The notes: generated by a model from the sequence alone, not told the origin. Shown: positions 1-8,628, numbered from the stretch's first letter. The stretch: 40,715 nt of DNA from an uncultured Planctomycetales bacterium (GCA_964487475.1 CAZAPM010000004.1:101755-142469); one strand, 5' to 3'. A program made the numbers and translations.

Positions 1-356
1 TGCCCCACATCTCCCGTCCCGCCAGGCAGATCCAGCAGGCGTGCGAGGAGATCTTCGCCGAGATCCAGAATAAGGAGCGCAAGTTCCGCATCTACCCCTT
101 CAGCAAACAGCCTTATTTCCATTTGAGCAACGCCATCGAGGGTTGGCTGCAAGGCACTTCCTTCGACAAGGTGCGGCAGTTGACGGATGTGGACGAAGGC
201 GAGATCGTGCGTTATTTCAGGATGTCCATACAGATATTGCGGGAAGTGGATAAGGCCAAGGTCGCCTCCCACCTTTTGAAGGAACGGATCAGGAACACCG
301 TGACCACGGTCAATCGCGATCTGATCGACGCGGAGAGGCAGCTGCGGGAAGGGTAA
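1..356 (+). CDS. Ski2/HelY-like DEAD/DEAH-box helicase, C-terminal DSHCT region (5' truncated by window edge)
   Basis: Frame is open from position 3 (PHISRPARQ...). The segment W.QGTSFDKV...TDVDEGEIVRYFRMSIQILRE matches the DSHCT pattern of Ski2/Mtr4/HelY helicases. Stop TAA ends at 356. Confidence 0.75.
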   Translation, partial: PHISRPARQIQQACEEIFAEIQNKERKFRIYPFSKQPYFHLSNAIEGWLQGTSFDKVRQLTDVDEGEIVRYFRMSIQILREVDKAKVASHLLKERIRNTVTTVNRDLIDAERQLREG

Positions 357-786
357 CCACTTCATCCCCGGCTTCGATCGCGTAGAGACGGGCGAAACCG
401 GCGGGGACTTCCAGGACCCGCGTTACCTCGCGTTGCGGGAGATACCGGGGACATTCTCCGGAGGCGCACGCCGGCACTTCGTGATGGATGCCCTCGACCC
501 TGCCTGCGGGATCCACCCAGATGATATCGATGGGAAAACGCATATTGCCCATCCAGAACGCGGGCCGCTGCGGCTTCTCGAATACGAACCACATCCCTGC
601 GCCCTCAGGCAGCGACTCCCTTCCCATCAGCCCTTGCGCGCGCAGCCGCGGCGTATCGGCCACCTCCGCGGCCACACAGGCATCCCGGATACATACCTTC
701 ACCTCCCCGGCGCAGGCAGGAGCGCACACCGCGCCGAGACACCAAAGGGCGAACGCGATCGCACCATGCTTATCTGCGGAGCGCAA
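310..786 (-). CDS. DUF192 family protein
   Basis: EVADTP..RAQGLMGRESLP...GMWFVF...FWMGNMRFPIDIIW...VLEVPAG is the DUF192 signature. Hydrophobic N-terminus. Start codon uncertain. Confidence 0.85.
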   Translation of the reverse strand: MRSADKHGAIAFALWCLGAVCAPACAGEVKVCIRDACVAAEVADTPRLRAQGLMGRESLPEGAGMWFVFEKPQRPAFWMGNMRFPIDIIWVDPAGRVEGIHHEVPACASGECPRYLPQREVTRVLEVPAGFARLYAIEAGDEVVTLPAAASPRRSDRD

Positions 787-1543
787 AAGGGTCCTTTCCT
801 TTCTTGGACGCGATATAATCCTCGAGTATTTGTTTATGGTCGAAGGCGAACCGGCGCTTCCTCACTTCCGAAAATCTCATGAACCGCAGTGCCGCGGCAT
901 CATCCCCGGCCCGAGGGATTCCCCGGGCCCTGGCGATGAAGACCGTCCCCACGGTGTGGAACCTTGGGTCGCGCCGGGGATCGGAATAGGTGTGGAACTG
1001 CCTGACCGCGTAGATATCCAGTCCAGTCTCCTCTTTCGCTTCCCGCACGGCCGCAGCCTCGCAACTTTCCCCGTGATCCACGAAACCTCCGGGAAGCGCG
1101 AATCCGAAAGGAGGGTTGCTGCGTTCGATCACCACGACCTCTCCGGGATGCCCCTGCACTTCGATGATGGCGTCGACCGTCAAGAACGGCCCGGCCTGCA
1201 GCACCTCCACCACATGCCCGAGGTATCCCTCGATCCCCTTGCGGAACACCGGATACGCTTCCCGGTCCGCAACGCACACCTCGATACTCCGCAAAGTTTT
1301 GTTCCCCCTGAGACAGCGGTATATCTCCTGGGCACATAATTTTGCCACGGCCAAAGCCGGCAGGCCCGCCTCGTGATATTCCGGCTGCAGCGCCACCTCC
1401 GGCCGCCCGCTGCGCGTTGCCTCCTCCAGGACCCGGCGCAGACGCTCCCTCACCTGCACCTCCGTGCCGGAAGGGATCCGCACCGCACGCGTAGTACGCA
1501 GGCACTTCCTTCGCACCCCGACTGCACATCCTTTTACCCGCAT
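770..1543 (-). CDS. Nudix hydrolase (ADP-ribose pyrophosphatase-like) with an N-terminal degenerate macro-domain-like segment
   Basis: Nudix box GGFVDHGESCEAAAVREAKEETGL plus YSDPRRDPR and AGDDA motifs. The ~105 aa N-terminal extension resembles the C-terminal half of a macro domain. Confidence 0.85.
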   Translation of the reverse strand: MRVKGCAVGVRRKCLRTTRAVRIPSGTEVQVRERLRRVLEEATRSGRPEVALQPEYHEAGLPALAVAKLCAQEIYRCLRGNKTLRSIEVCVADREAYPVFRKGIEGYLGHVVEVLQAGPFLTVDAIIEVQGHPGEVVVIERSNPPFGFALPGGFVDHGESCEAAAVREAKEETGLDIYAVRQFHTYSDPRRDPRFHTVGTVFIARARGIPRAGDDAAALRFMRFSEVRKRRFAFDHKQILEDYIASKKGKDPFALRR

Positions 1544-2239
1544 TTATCGTTTCTCCAATATCAATTCCTGATTCTGATAATCGATCTTGAAATTGAACCT
1601 TTTGAGGAAGGACATCCCCAGGAGCCCGTCGTGGAAATTCGCGCCCGGGATCTCTTCCATCAGGAACGCGGCTTCCACGTTCCTGGCCTCGGCCTCGCGC
1701 ACCTTGACCTTATCCAGCATCACGAACCTGGCCTTCACCTTTCTTCCGTCCGCGACCTGGACCTCCATATCCGGTTCGATCCCGCTTGTCTTGATACCTA
1801 AGGACTGCGCCACCTCCCTGCGCAAAAGGAGCAGCCCCGCCCCCGTGTCCAGCACCATCCTGGCTTCGACCTTCCCGTTAAGCCTCACCCCTACGATCAC
1901 GGAATGACCGTCTCTGGCGAATTCCACCACTTTCGGTTTTTCATCCTCGATCCGGCGCAACTCCGCGGTCCGCTGCTGCAGATCACGCTGCTGCTGCTGC
2001 CAGGAGTTACGCAGCTTATTATGCTCGTAGGAATCCTCGCGTTCCAGCCGCTCGACCTCGTTACGCCAGAATTTAACCAGGCCCGCGCCCACTTCCAGCT
2101 CGACAAACTCGGCGTTATCGGTCTTCACGATCCCCTGCAGTTTCCTGCCGTTCTTCAAATATACCGTATCTGCGAACACGCTTGGCGCCACGGCCAAGCT
2201 GCACCATACACACACCAGCAATCCCGCTGCGACACGCAC
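1544..2239 (-). CDS. Exported retropepsin-like (clan AA, TIGR02281-like) aspartic protease
   Basis: Signal peptide ending VFA-DTVYLKNG, Gln-rich coiled-coil linker, catalytic LDTGA, flap VQVADG and C-terminal GLLGMSFL. Confidence 0.88.
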   Translation of the reverse strand: MRVAAGLLVCVWCSLAVAPSVFADTVYLKNGRKLQGIVKTDNAEFVELEVGAGLVKFWRNEVERLEREDSYEHNKLRNSWQQQQRDLQQRTAELRRIEDEKPKVVEFARDGHSVIVGVRLNGKVEARMVLDTGAGLLLLRREVAQSLGIKTSGIEPDMEVQVADGRKVKARFVMLDKVKVREAEARNVEAAFLMEEIPGANFHDGLLGMSFLKRFNFKIDYQNQELILEKR

Positions 2240-2248
2240 CGCATCCTC

Positions 2249-2779
2249 CTATTTTTTGTGCTGATATATGCCTGCGTAACCCTGCCGCACTTCCTTCAGG
2301 GGAAGGAACACCAGCTGCGCCACGCGGGCGTTGCGCTTGATACGCACGCCGTGCGGATTCTGCACTACCAGGGTGAATTCGCTCTTGCCGCAGAACCCGG
2401 CATCCCAGACCCCGTGACAAGTGAACACTCCCATGCGCAAAAGCGTGGTGCGGGTATACGCCAGCGCGGTCAGGTCCAGCGGCATGTTCACCGTCTCGTT
2501 GGTCTTGACCTTGTATACCCCCGGAGCCAGCTCCCACCACTGGGGTGTCCCCTTTGCGAGCGTCCCTTTTAGGGACGCCCCTGAAGTGGACACCTCTGTC
2601 TCCTTCGGCAGTACCCGCTCTTCATTCGAGAAATCCACCTGGCCCTGGCCTTCCAGGGAATAGATCATGCCGACGGTCACATCGAAGCCGTTCGGGGTAA
2701 GCTGTTTTTCCAGGTCCACATACCCTTCCACAAGTTTTTTCTTCGCGATCAGGTCCGCGATCTCTTCCTTATTCAGCAT
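2249..2779 (-). CDS. Trimeric dUTPase / dCTP deaminase family protein (archaeal-type dUTPase-like)
   Basis: QLTPNGFDVT, RTTLLRMG, VWDAGFCG, NARVAQLVF and GYAGIYQ motifs. Start moved to ATG 2779 (MLNKEE), preceded by GGAGAG. Confidence 0.8.
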   Translation of the reverse strand: MLNKEEIADLIAKKKLVEGYVDLEKQLTPNGFDVTVGMIYSLEGQGQVDFSNEERVLPKETEVSTSGASLKGTLAKGTPQWWELAPGVYKVKTNETVNMPLDLTALAYTRTTLLRMGVFTCHGVWDAGFCGKSEFTLVVQNPHGVRIKRNARVAQLVFLPLKEVRQGYAGIYQHKK

Positions 2780-4403
2780 CGGATTTCTCTCCGTAGAGGC
2801 ATTCCTCTTTATGTTCGTATATATACTGCAGCGCTTCAAGCTCCATCTTGTCGAACCATACGCCGTTACAGGAATAACACCGGTCCACTTCCACCGGATA
2901 CGACTGCACGAAGAACTCCCTCCTCATCTTCTCTCCGCACTGCGGACAGGATACCTTCCATTGCGGGTGCAGCATGCGAGATTTAAACACATCATATTTA
3001 TTGTACCCTTTACACAGCTGTTTTGCAAACCGCTTCACCCCCTCATCCAGCGGCGCATCCCGGCGGATCATGATCTTTCCAACCGCCCCCTCCGGCACGA
3101 AAACCCCGGTACACTGCGCACACTCCCAAATGCGCGCGCCTTCATACGAGATCCCCTGCAAAGACTTGGCGCACGCCGGACAGGAATTCGCCCCGGATCC
3201 CTTATCCTTCCCTGCGTTCGGCCGCAGGAGCGGCTGCTCGTGGGCCAGCATCACTTCTCCGCCTTCCGGCCTGATCCAAGAATCCATATGCAGATCGGGA
3301 GCGCCTCGCAGCTGCTCCAGGGTAAAAGGCCCCCGCCAGGAACCGTTGGAGAACAACTGCCAACTCGACGCTGCTGAAACAGCGCGGTTGACAGGCATGG
3401 AAAAAGGCGCGGAACGCACCGCAGCCTCCAGAGACTTCTCCAGCTCCGCCTCGCCCATATGCGCCATATCCAGCAGCACTCCGATACGTTTACGGATCGG
3501 CGGATGCGTAGAAAAAAGATCGGCGAAAAAACCTTCCGCTTCATCCAAAGCGCTCGCCTGAGGGCTGACGATGAACACCGATTCCAGCCTGCTGCCGTCG
3601 GCTCCCCGGCCACTCCAGCTTCCCGACACCAACGATAGAGCCTGCGCCAGAGACAAAGGGTCCCTGGTAAGCCTTACCGCCACGGCGTCAGCCCGATATT
3701 CCTTTTGCCGGGAGATGAACATCGCCAGCAGATGACAGAGCAGGTTATCCAGCTGGAGCACCAAGAACACCAGCACCAGCGCAGGAGAACGGGAACGGCC
3801 GCGCCGGAGAGCCTCCCCGATTTTTTCCAGAGTCTCCCGGTATAACTCTGCAAGCGAAGAGACCACTGTCGTGGTAAAACAATCCCCGGAGATCACATGC
3901 GCCACCTCGTGGCCGACCACGGCCGTGATCTGGCTGCGGTTAAGCCTTGCCAGCAGCCCTTCGGTCACTCCCACCACGGCGTTGCCCTGAAGATCATCGA
4001 GCGCAAAAGCGTTCAAGCTGGCTTCCGGGATCACCCGCACCCCCAGAGGCCGGGTATTGCCCATGGCAGCAGACACCTCGGCCACGATGTTGGAAAGCAT
4101 ATGGTGGTACTCGTCCTGCGCGTCTATCTCCCTCGCGCCCAGGCTGCGGGTCATGCGTGCAAGCAAATCCGTGGTGGAGAACTGCCAGTGCACCAGCGCA
4201 ATGCCTGCGGATACGCACAAAAGGACCAGCAGCGCGGGAATGTCCGGCCAAAGGAACACCCCAGGATGGTTATAGTTATGCGAATTGATCACTATCAACC
4301 AGAGGATATATACGGAGGAGAAATAAAAGCACACCAGGAAGGCCAACAGTCCCCGGATGACCCGGTTCTTTGAGCGCTCGATATCCAGAAAGGTTTCCGG
4401 CAT
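2769..4403 (-). CDS. M48 (HtpX-like) zinc metalloprotease fused to a GYF_2-like domain and two zf-TFIIB-like zinc ribbons
   Basis: N-terminal TM helices, NAFA, HEVAH, SRQKEYRADA and FSTHPP. Then WRGPFTLEQL (GYF_2-like) and CPAC..CAQC / CPQC..CYSCNGVWFD ribbons. Confidence 0.88.
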   Translation of the reverse strand: MPETFLDIERSKNRVIRGLLAFLVCFYFSSVYILWLIVINSHNYNHPGVFLWPDIPALLVLLCVSAGIALVHWQFSTTDLLARMTRSLGAREIDAQDEYHHMLSNIVAEVSAAMGNTRPLGVRVIPEASLNAFALDDLQGNAVVGVTEGLLARLNRSQITAVVGHEVAHVISGDCFTTTVVSSLAELYRETLEKIGEALRRGRSRSPALVLVFLVLQLDNLLCHLLAMFISRQKEYRADAVAVRLTRDPLSLAQALSLVSGSWSGRGADGSRLESVFIVSPQASALDEAEGFFADLFSTHPPIRKRIGVLLDMAHMGEAELEKSLEAAVRSAPFSMPVNRAVSAASSWQLFSNGSWRGPFTLEQLRGAPDLHMDSWIRPEGGEVMLAHEQPLLRPNAGKDKGSGANSCPACAKSLQGISYEGARIWECAQCTGVFVPEGAVGKIMIRRDAPLDEGVKRFAKQLCKGYNKYDVFKSRMLHPQWKVSCPQCGEKMRREFFVQSYPVEVDRCYSCNGVWFDKMELEALQYIYEHKEECLYGEKSDAE

Positions 4404-4409
4404 AGGGTT

Positions 4410-4418
4410 AGTATATCA
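4410..4418 (-). promoter_or_regulatory. Extended -10 promoter element (TGaTATACT), 6 nt before the htpX-like ATG; probable leaderless transcript
   Basis: Minus strand reads TGATATACT-AACCCT-ATG with no Shine-Dalgarno, immediately after a terminator. Confidence 0.55.
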
Positions 4419-4419
4419 T

Positions 4420-4454
4420 AAAAAAAGCCCCGTGACGATTCCGCGTCACGGGGC
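4420..4454 (-). terminator. Rho-independent terminator after the anti-sigma/vWA gene
   Basis: Perfect 11-bp stem GCCCCGTGACG/CGTCACGGGGC (4427-4437 / 4444-4454), 6-nt loop, followed by T7 on the minus strand. Confidence 0.88.
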
Positions 4455-4474
4455 CGCGAAGGATACTGCCGCTC

Positions 4475-6535
4475 CTACTGCTTACCCGATATCATCTGGG
4501 CCATTTCGATCATTTTGATGAAATCCGCGCGGAATCCGTCATCATCGGTCCCCTTGGCCGCTTTGGCCTGGGCCAGTGCCTCCTGATACGTCGAGGTACC
4601 TTTGAACTGAGAGTCGCGCAGGAGCATCCCGAACTCAGCCACCGCGGAAGCGAACTGCAGGTTATTGGAGGCCGCCGAATCCCCGGCCTTGCCCGTCACC
4701 TGCCTGGTAAGGAGCTTGCTGACATCCTCCTTGGGCTCCTTATAACGGATCTTGACGGTCAGGAGCTCGTCGCTTGGAGTGACCGTGGTCTTCTGGTACT
4801 TAAGGTCGTCGACCTTGTCGAACGCCTCGGAAGACCCCGCAGGCACGATCTCGTAAAGCGCGGTCACGGTGTGGCCCGCCCCGATCTCTCCCGCATCCTT
4901 CTTGTCGTTGTTGAAATCCTCCTTCTTCAGCATCCTGTTCTCGTAGCCGACCAGGCGGTACGCCTTGACCTTGGAGGGATTGAACTCGACCTGGATCTTG
5001 ACGTCCTTGGCGATGGTAAAAAGCGTGCCGGTCAGCTGGTTCACGAACACCTTCTTGGCCTCCAGCATGGTATCGATGTACGCCAGATTTCCGTTGCCCT
5101 TATCCGCGAGCGTTTCCATGCGGGAATCCTTGTAATTCCCGTCTCCGAAACCCAGCACGGTCAGGAATATCCCGTCCCCGCGCTTCTCTTCGATGATGCG
5201 CTCGAGCTCGGAGGTGCTGGAGACTCCCACGTTGAAATCGCCGTCGGTCGCCAGGATCACCCGGTTATTGCCGTCTTTTATGAAATTCTTCTTCGCCACC
5301 TCATACGCCAGCTGAATGCCTGCGCCGCCGGCAGTGGAGCCTCCGGCCTTGAGCTCGTCGATCGCCGCGAGTATCTGCGCCTTCTGGTCACCGGACGCGG
5401 AATCCAGCACCAGCCCTGCCGCGCCCGCATACACCACGATCGAGACCTTATCCTGCTGCCGCAGCTGATTCGCCAGGAGCTTGAACGCCGACTGCACCAG
5501 AGGAAGCTTGTTGGGCCGGTCCATGGACCCGGAAACATCCACCAAAAACACCAGATTGCTCGCAGGCAAATCCTTGGTCTCCATCGTCCTGCCCTGCAGC
5601 CCCACCAAAAGCAGCTGATGCTGCGCGTTCCAGGGGCACGCTGCCATTTCGGTGGTGATGGAGAACGGCTCTGCGCCCTGAGGCTGCGGGTACTGATAGG
5701 TGAAGTAATTGATCATCTCCTCGATGCGCACCGCATCTTTGGGAGGGAGCTGATTGCCGGATAAGTACCGGCGGACGTTGGAGTAGGACGCGGTATCCAC
5801 GTCGATCGAGAAGGTGGAAAGCGGATTATTGATCGCCTCCAGGAATTCGTTCTCGTAGACCCGGTCATACTCCTCGGTGTTGAACTCCTGCATGCCAGCG
5901 CTGCGGTCGGATAACCCGTACGTTAAGTAGCCGGCCGGGGACCCAATTGACTCGGCCCCAAACCTGGCAGGGGCCGCATTCATCACTCCCTTGTCCACAC
6001 TCCACTGAGACACCTGGGTACCTTGGGATTTGCTGCGCTGAAACTCGGATTTCAGGTAATACGGCTCATACTGCGAAGCAACGCGATTGACAGAGGCATG
6101 TCCTGGAGAAAGCGGCAGCCCCACCGCATCCGCGGAAACTTTCACGGTACCTGAATCGACATACTCTACGGCATTCTTGATTCTGCCGCCAAAACCTCTC
6201 TGCACATACGCCTTCATGGCGATCAAGGACACTACCAACACCAGCGCCAGGGACAACGACGGCGCCACCCATACCAGTCTTTTCTTTTCCATCGGAGCTT
6301 CCCCTTTCTCCAGCTCCGAACGCACGATCCTCTCCCTTACCAGCGCCTCGAAATTTTTCGGCGCCTCCGGTGCCTGCCACTGGGACATCGTTCTGGAAAG
6401 CGCGGACACATTCGCGAGCTCCTCCCGGCACGCCTCGCACTGCGCCAGATGCGCATCCATCTCGGCGCGCTGCGCCCCGGAAAGCTCGTGATCCGCGTAC
6501 AAATTCACCATCTCCGACCAGCGGCATCTATTCAT
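4475..6535 (-). CDS. Zinc-finger (ZAS/zf-HC2) anti-sigma factor fused via a TM helix to a YfbK-like vWA protein
   Basis: HLAQCEAC (HxxxCxxC), TM LVWVAPSLSLALVLVVSLIA, PLSTFSIDVDTASY, MIDAS DVSGS and ATDGDFNVG, DUF3520-like tail. Start ATG 6535 overlaps the sigma stop (ATGA). Confidence 0.9.
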   Translation of the reverse strand: MNRCRWSEMVNLYADHELSGAQRAEMDAHLAQCEACREELANVSALSRTMSQWQAPEAPKNFEALVRERIVRSELEKGEAPMEKKRLVWVAPSLSLALVLVVSLIAMKAYVQRGFGGRIKNAVEYVDSGTVKVSADAVGLPLSPGHASVNRVASQYEPYYLKSEFQRSKSQGTQVSQWSVDKGVMNAAPARFGAESIGSPAGYLTYGLSDRSAGMQEFNTEEYDRVYENEFLEAINNPLSTFSIDVDTASYSNVRRYLSGNQLPPKDAVRIEEMINYFTYQYPQPQGAEPFSITTEMAACPWNAQHQLLLVGLQGRTMETKDLPASNLVFLVDVSGSMDRPNKLPLVQSAFKLLANQLRQQDKVSIVVYAGAAGLVLDSASGDQKAQILAAIDELKAGGSTAGGAGIQLAYEVAKKNFIKDGNNRVILATDGDFNVGVSSTSELERIIEEKRGDGIFLTVLGFGDGNYKDSRMETLADKGNGNLAYIDTMLEAKKVFVNQLTGTLFTIAKDVKIQVEFNPSKVKAYRLVGYENRMLKKEDFNNDKKDAGEIGAGHTVTALYEIVPAGSSEAFDKVDDLKYQKTTVTPSDELLTVKIRYKEPKEDVSKLLTRQVTGKAGDSAASNNLQFASAVAEFGMLLRDSQFKGTSTYQEALAQAKAAKGTDDDGFRADFIKMIEMAQMISGKQ

Positions 6536-7128
6536 CGCACCCTCCCCTGCATTTCCTTGACATAAGGGAGCATCATCTCTTGTAAGGAAGCCCTGGCCCT
6601 GAAGATCAGGGTCTTGACCGTGCCTTCGGGCTTTTTTAATATGTGTGCTATTTCCCTGTAATTGAGCTGTTCGTACTCGCGTAACACCAGTGCCTCTCTT
6701 TGGAGAAAGGGAAGGCGGTGCAGGCATTTCTTGACCAGCTGCGCGGCGTCGCTCTGCGCGGCCTCGTCAAAAGGAGAAGGTTCGTTCGAGACCACATCCA
6801 CCGTGATCTCGTTGCCCTCGTCGTCCTCGCGGCGGGGCATCAGGACCTCGCGCCAGCCTCTGCGCAGCCTGCTCACGCAGAGGTTGTGGCAGATGGAGAA
6901 GAACCAGGTGCGGACGGACGCTCCCGGACGGTAACTCGCGCGGTGCTGGTGCACCTTCAGGAACACCTCCTGAGCGACCTCCTCGGCCTGCGACTGGCTT
7001 TTGCACATCCGCCAGGCAAACCTGAACAGAGGGTTCTTGTAGCGCGCAAGCAATACGTCCATGGCTCCTGCCTCGCCCCGTTGGTACTTCTCCATCAATA
7101 TTTCGTCTTGTAGGTCCTGCATATTCAT
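6532..7128 (-). CDS. ECF-family RNA polymerase sigma factor
   Basis: Region 2 AEEVAQEVFLKV...RTWFFSICHNLC and region 4 LP..QREALVLREYEQLNYREIAHIL..PEGTVKTLIFRAR. Translationally coupled to the anti-sigma gene. Confidence 0.93.
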   Translation of the reverse strand: MNMQDLQDEILMEKYQRGEAGAMDVLLARYKNPLFRFAWRMCKSQSQAEEVAQEVFLKVHQHRASYRPGASVRTWFFSICHNLCVSRLRRGWREVLMPRREDDEGNEITVDVVSNEPSPFDEAAQSDAAQLVKKCLHRLPFLQREALVLREYEQLNYREIAHILKKPEGTVKTLIFRARASLQEMMLPYVKEMQGRVR

Positions 7129-7158
7129 ACAGTGCCTTGCATCCCTTCTCCACTAAGG

Positions 7159-7186
7159 TATACGCGGGAACACGGGAAAAGTTTCA
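7159..7186 (-). promoter_or_regulatory. ECF (SigW-like) promoter, probably autoregulatory
   Basis: Minus strand TGAAAC-N16-CGTATA about 30 nt upstream of the sigma start. Matches the B. subtilis SigW consensus TGAAAC-N16-CGTA. Confidence 0.7.
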
Positions 7187-7191
7187 GGGAT

Positions 7192-8628
7192 TTATCTGTT
7201 TTTGGCGAGGAACCTGGCCGCGGCCTGATACGCCTGGGCCGCGGTCTTGATCTTACGCAGCGCCTGCTGTTCCTGCAGATGCGCCAGCACCTTGCCGATC
7301 AACGGGGAAGGCTCAAGCTTAAAGCGTTTCATCAGGTCATTGCCGTCAATAAGACGGACCATGGGAACCGCTTTTGCCGCAGCGAAATATTCTTTCAGGA
7401 GAGCGTTACAGGTGCGTTCATGCTGCCGGGCTGAAGCAGGGGTAGTAAGCGGCCCCTTGGTCGAACGCTGGTCCGCCAGGGAAAGCAGGAGCGTGGATGC
7501 TGCTTCCTTTCCCGTATCGCGAAAAAAACGGAACGCCGCATGAGGGGTGACTTTTTTCTGGTCCCCCAAATACCCCGGGCGAAGGTGCCAGAACACCAGA
7601 GTGCGCAATGCGGAGATCTCATCATTGGACAGCTTGAGCCGGCGGCACACCTGCAGGGCGATCGCCGCGCCCACCCGCTCGTGTCCGTAGAACATGATCT
7701 TTTCCTTCACCTTGCGCCGGGCTTCGGGCTTGCCGATATCATGCAGCAGGCAGGCGAGCTTCATCAGGGAAAGGCGGGTACGGCCGGTGGAGAGTTCCTG
7801 GGAAACATACTCCCGGACATCATCCTGTGCACGCGCGGTCTTCTCCATCAGCAATTCCAGCTGTTTGACGCTTTCCATGCTGTGCGCCAGCACGTCCAGG
7901 TGATGATAGGGCCCCTGCGACACCTTGCGCATCAGGGATATCTCGGGGATGACCATCTCCAGGACCCCGGCCTTATCCATCGCCGCCAGCTGTTTCCACG
8001 AATGGGACGAGGCGAACATGCGGAAAAGCTCGTCGCGCAGGCGCTCGGAGGAAGCATTGGCCAAAAGGGCGCGCTGCCGCGCGGCCAGGCGCAGGGTCTT
8101 CTCTTCGATCGCGAATCCCAGCTGGGCGGAGAAAGAGAACGCGCGCAGGATGCGCACCGGATCGTCCTCGAAGACCCCGGGGGAAGGCACGCGGATCACG
8201 CCCGCCTTGAGGTCTTTGAGGCTGCCGCAGACGTCGATCAAGGCATCCCTGAAAGAAGGGGCGGCTAAGAACGCGGCAAGGTCCGCGGCCAGGGCATTGA
8301 CGGTAAAATCCCGGCGCAGCAGGTCCTCCTGAAGGGAAGCGCCGCGGAAATCGGTAAAATCCAAGGTGTATGTTTGCCCGGAGACCTTCAACACCACACG
8401 GCAGGAGCCATGCTCCCGGTCCAACACGACAAACCCTGCCTTCATATGCCTGGCAGCGGCGCGGCCGAAGGCGATGGCGTTCTTCTCAACGGCAAAGTCG
8501 AAATCCGGAGGGGACCTGCGGCGCTTCAGTATCAGGTCGCGCAGGTAGCCGCCGACCAGATAAAGAGAGACCTTCTTCCTGGCGGCGAATTCGCTGAGAG
8601 GAACCAGTACGCTGCGGTCGGACATCAC
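7192..8628 (-). CDS. CCA tRNA nucleotidyltransferase / poly(A) polymerase family protein with HD domain
   Basis: LVGGYLRD, DFDF, DLLRRDFTVNALA, EDDPVRILRAF, ERLRDEL, YHHLDVLAHS and LLHDIGKP. Confidence 0.9.
   Translation of the reverse strand: MMSDRSVLVPLSEFAARKKVSLYLVGGYLRDLILKRRRSPPDFDFAVEKNAIAFGRAAARHMKAGFVVLDREHGSCRVVLKVSGQTYTLDFTDFRGASLQEDLLRRDFTVNALAADLAAFLAAPSFRDALIDVCGSLKDLKAGVIRVPSPGVFEDDPVRILRAFSFSAQLGFAIEEKTLRLAARQRALLANASSERLRDELFRMFASSHSWKQLAAMDKAGVLEMVIPEISLMRKVSQGPYHHLDVLAHSMESVKQLELLMEKTARAQDDVREYVSQELSTGRTRLSLMKLACLLHDIGKPEARRKVKEKIMFYGHERVGAAIALQVCRRLKLSNDEISALRTLVFWHLRPGYLGDQKKVTPHAAFRFFRDTGKEAASTLLLSLADQRSTKGPLTTPASARQHERTCNALLKEYFAAAKAVPMVRLIDGNDLMKRFKLEPSPLIGKVLAHLQEQQALRKIKTAAQAYQAAARFLAKNR

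Noticed and set aside
6536..6727. Long N-terminal extensions in the ORF track (anti-sigma to 6727, nrdR to 9790, purM to 16593, dUTPase to 2839, radical SAM to 40518)
   Set aside because: They overlap upstream genes. Downstream ATGs with RBS or stop-start coupling and family-typical N-termini fit better.
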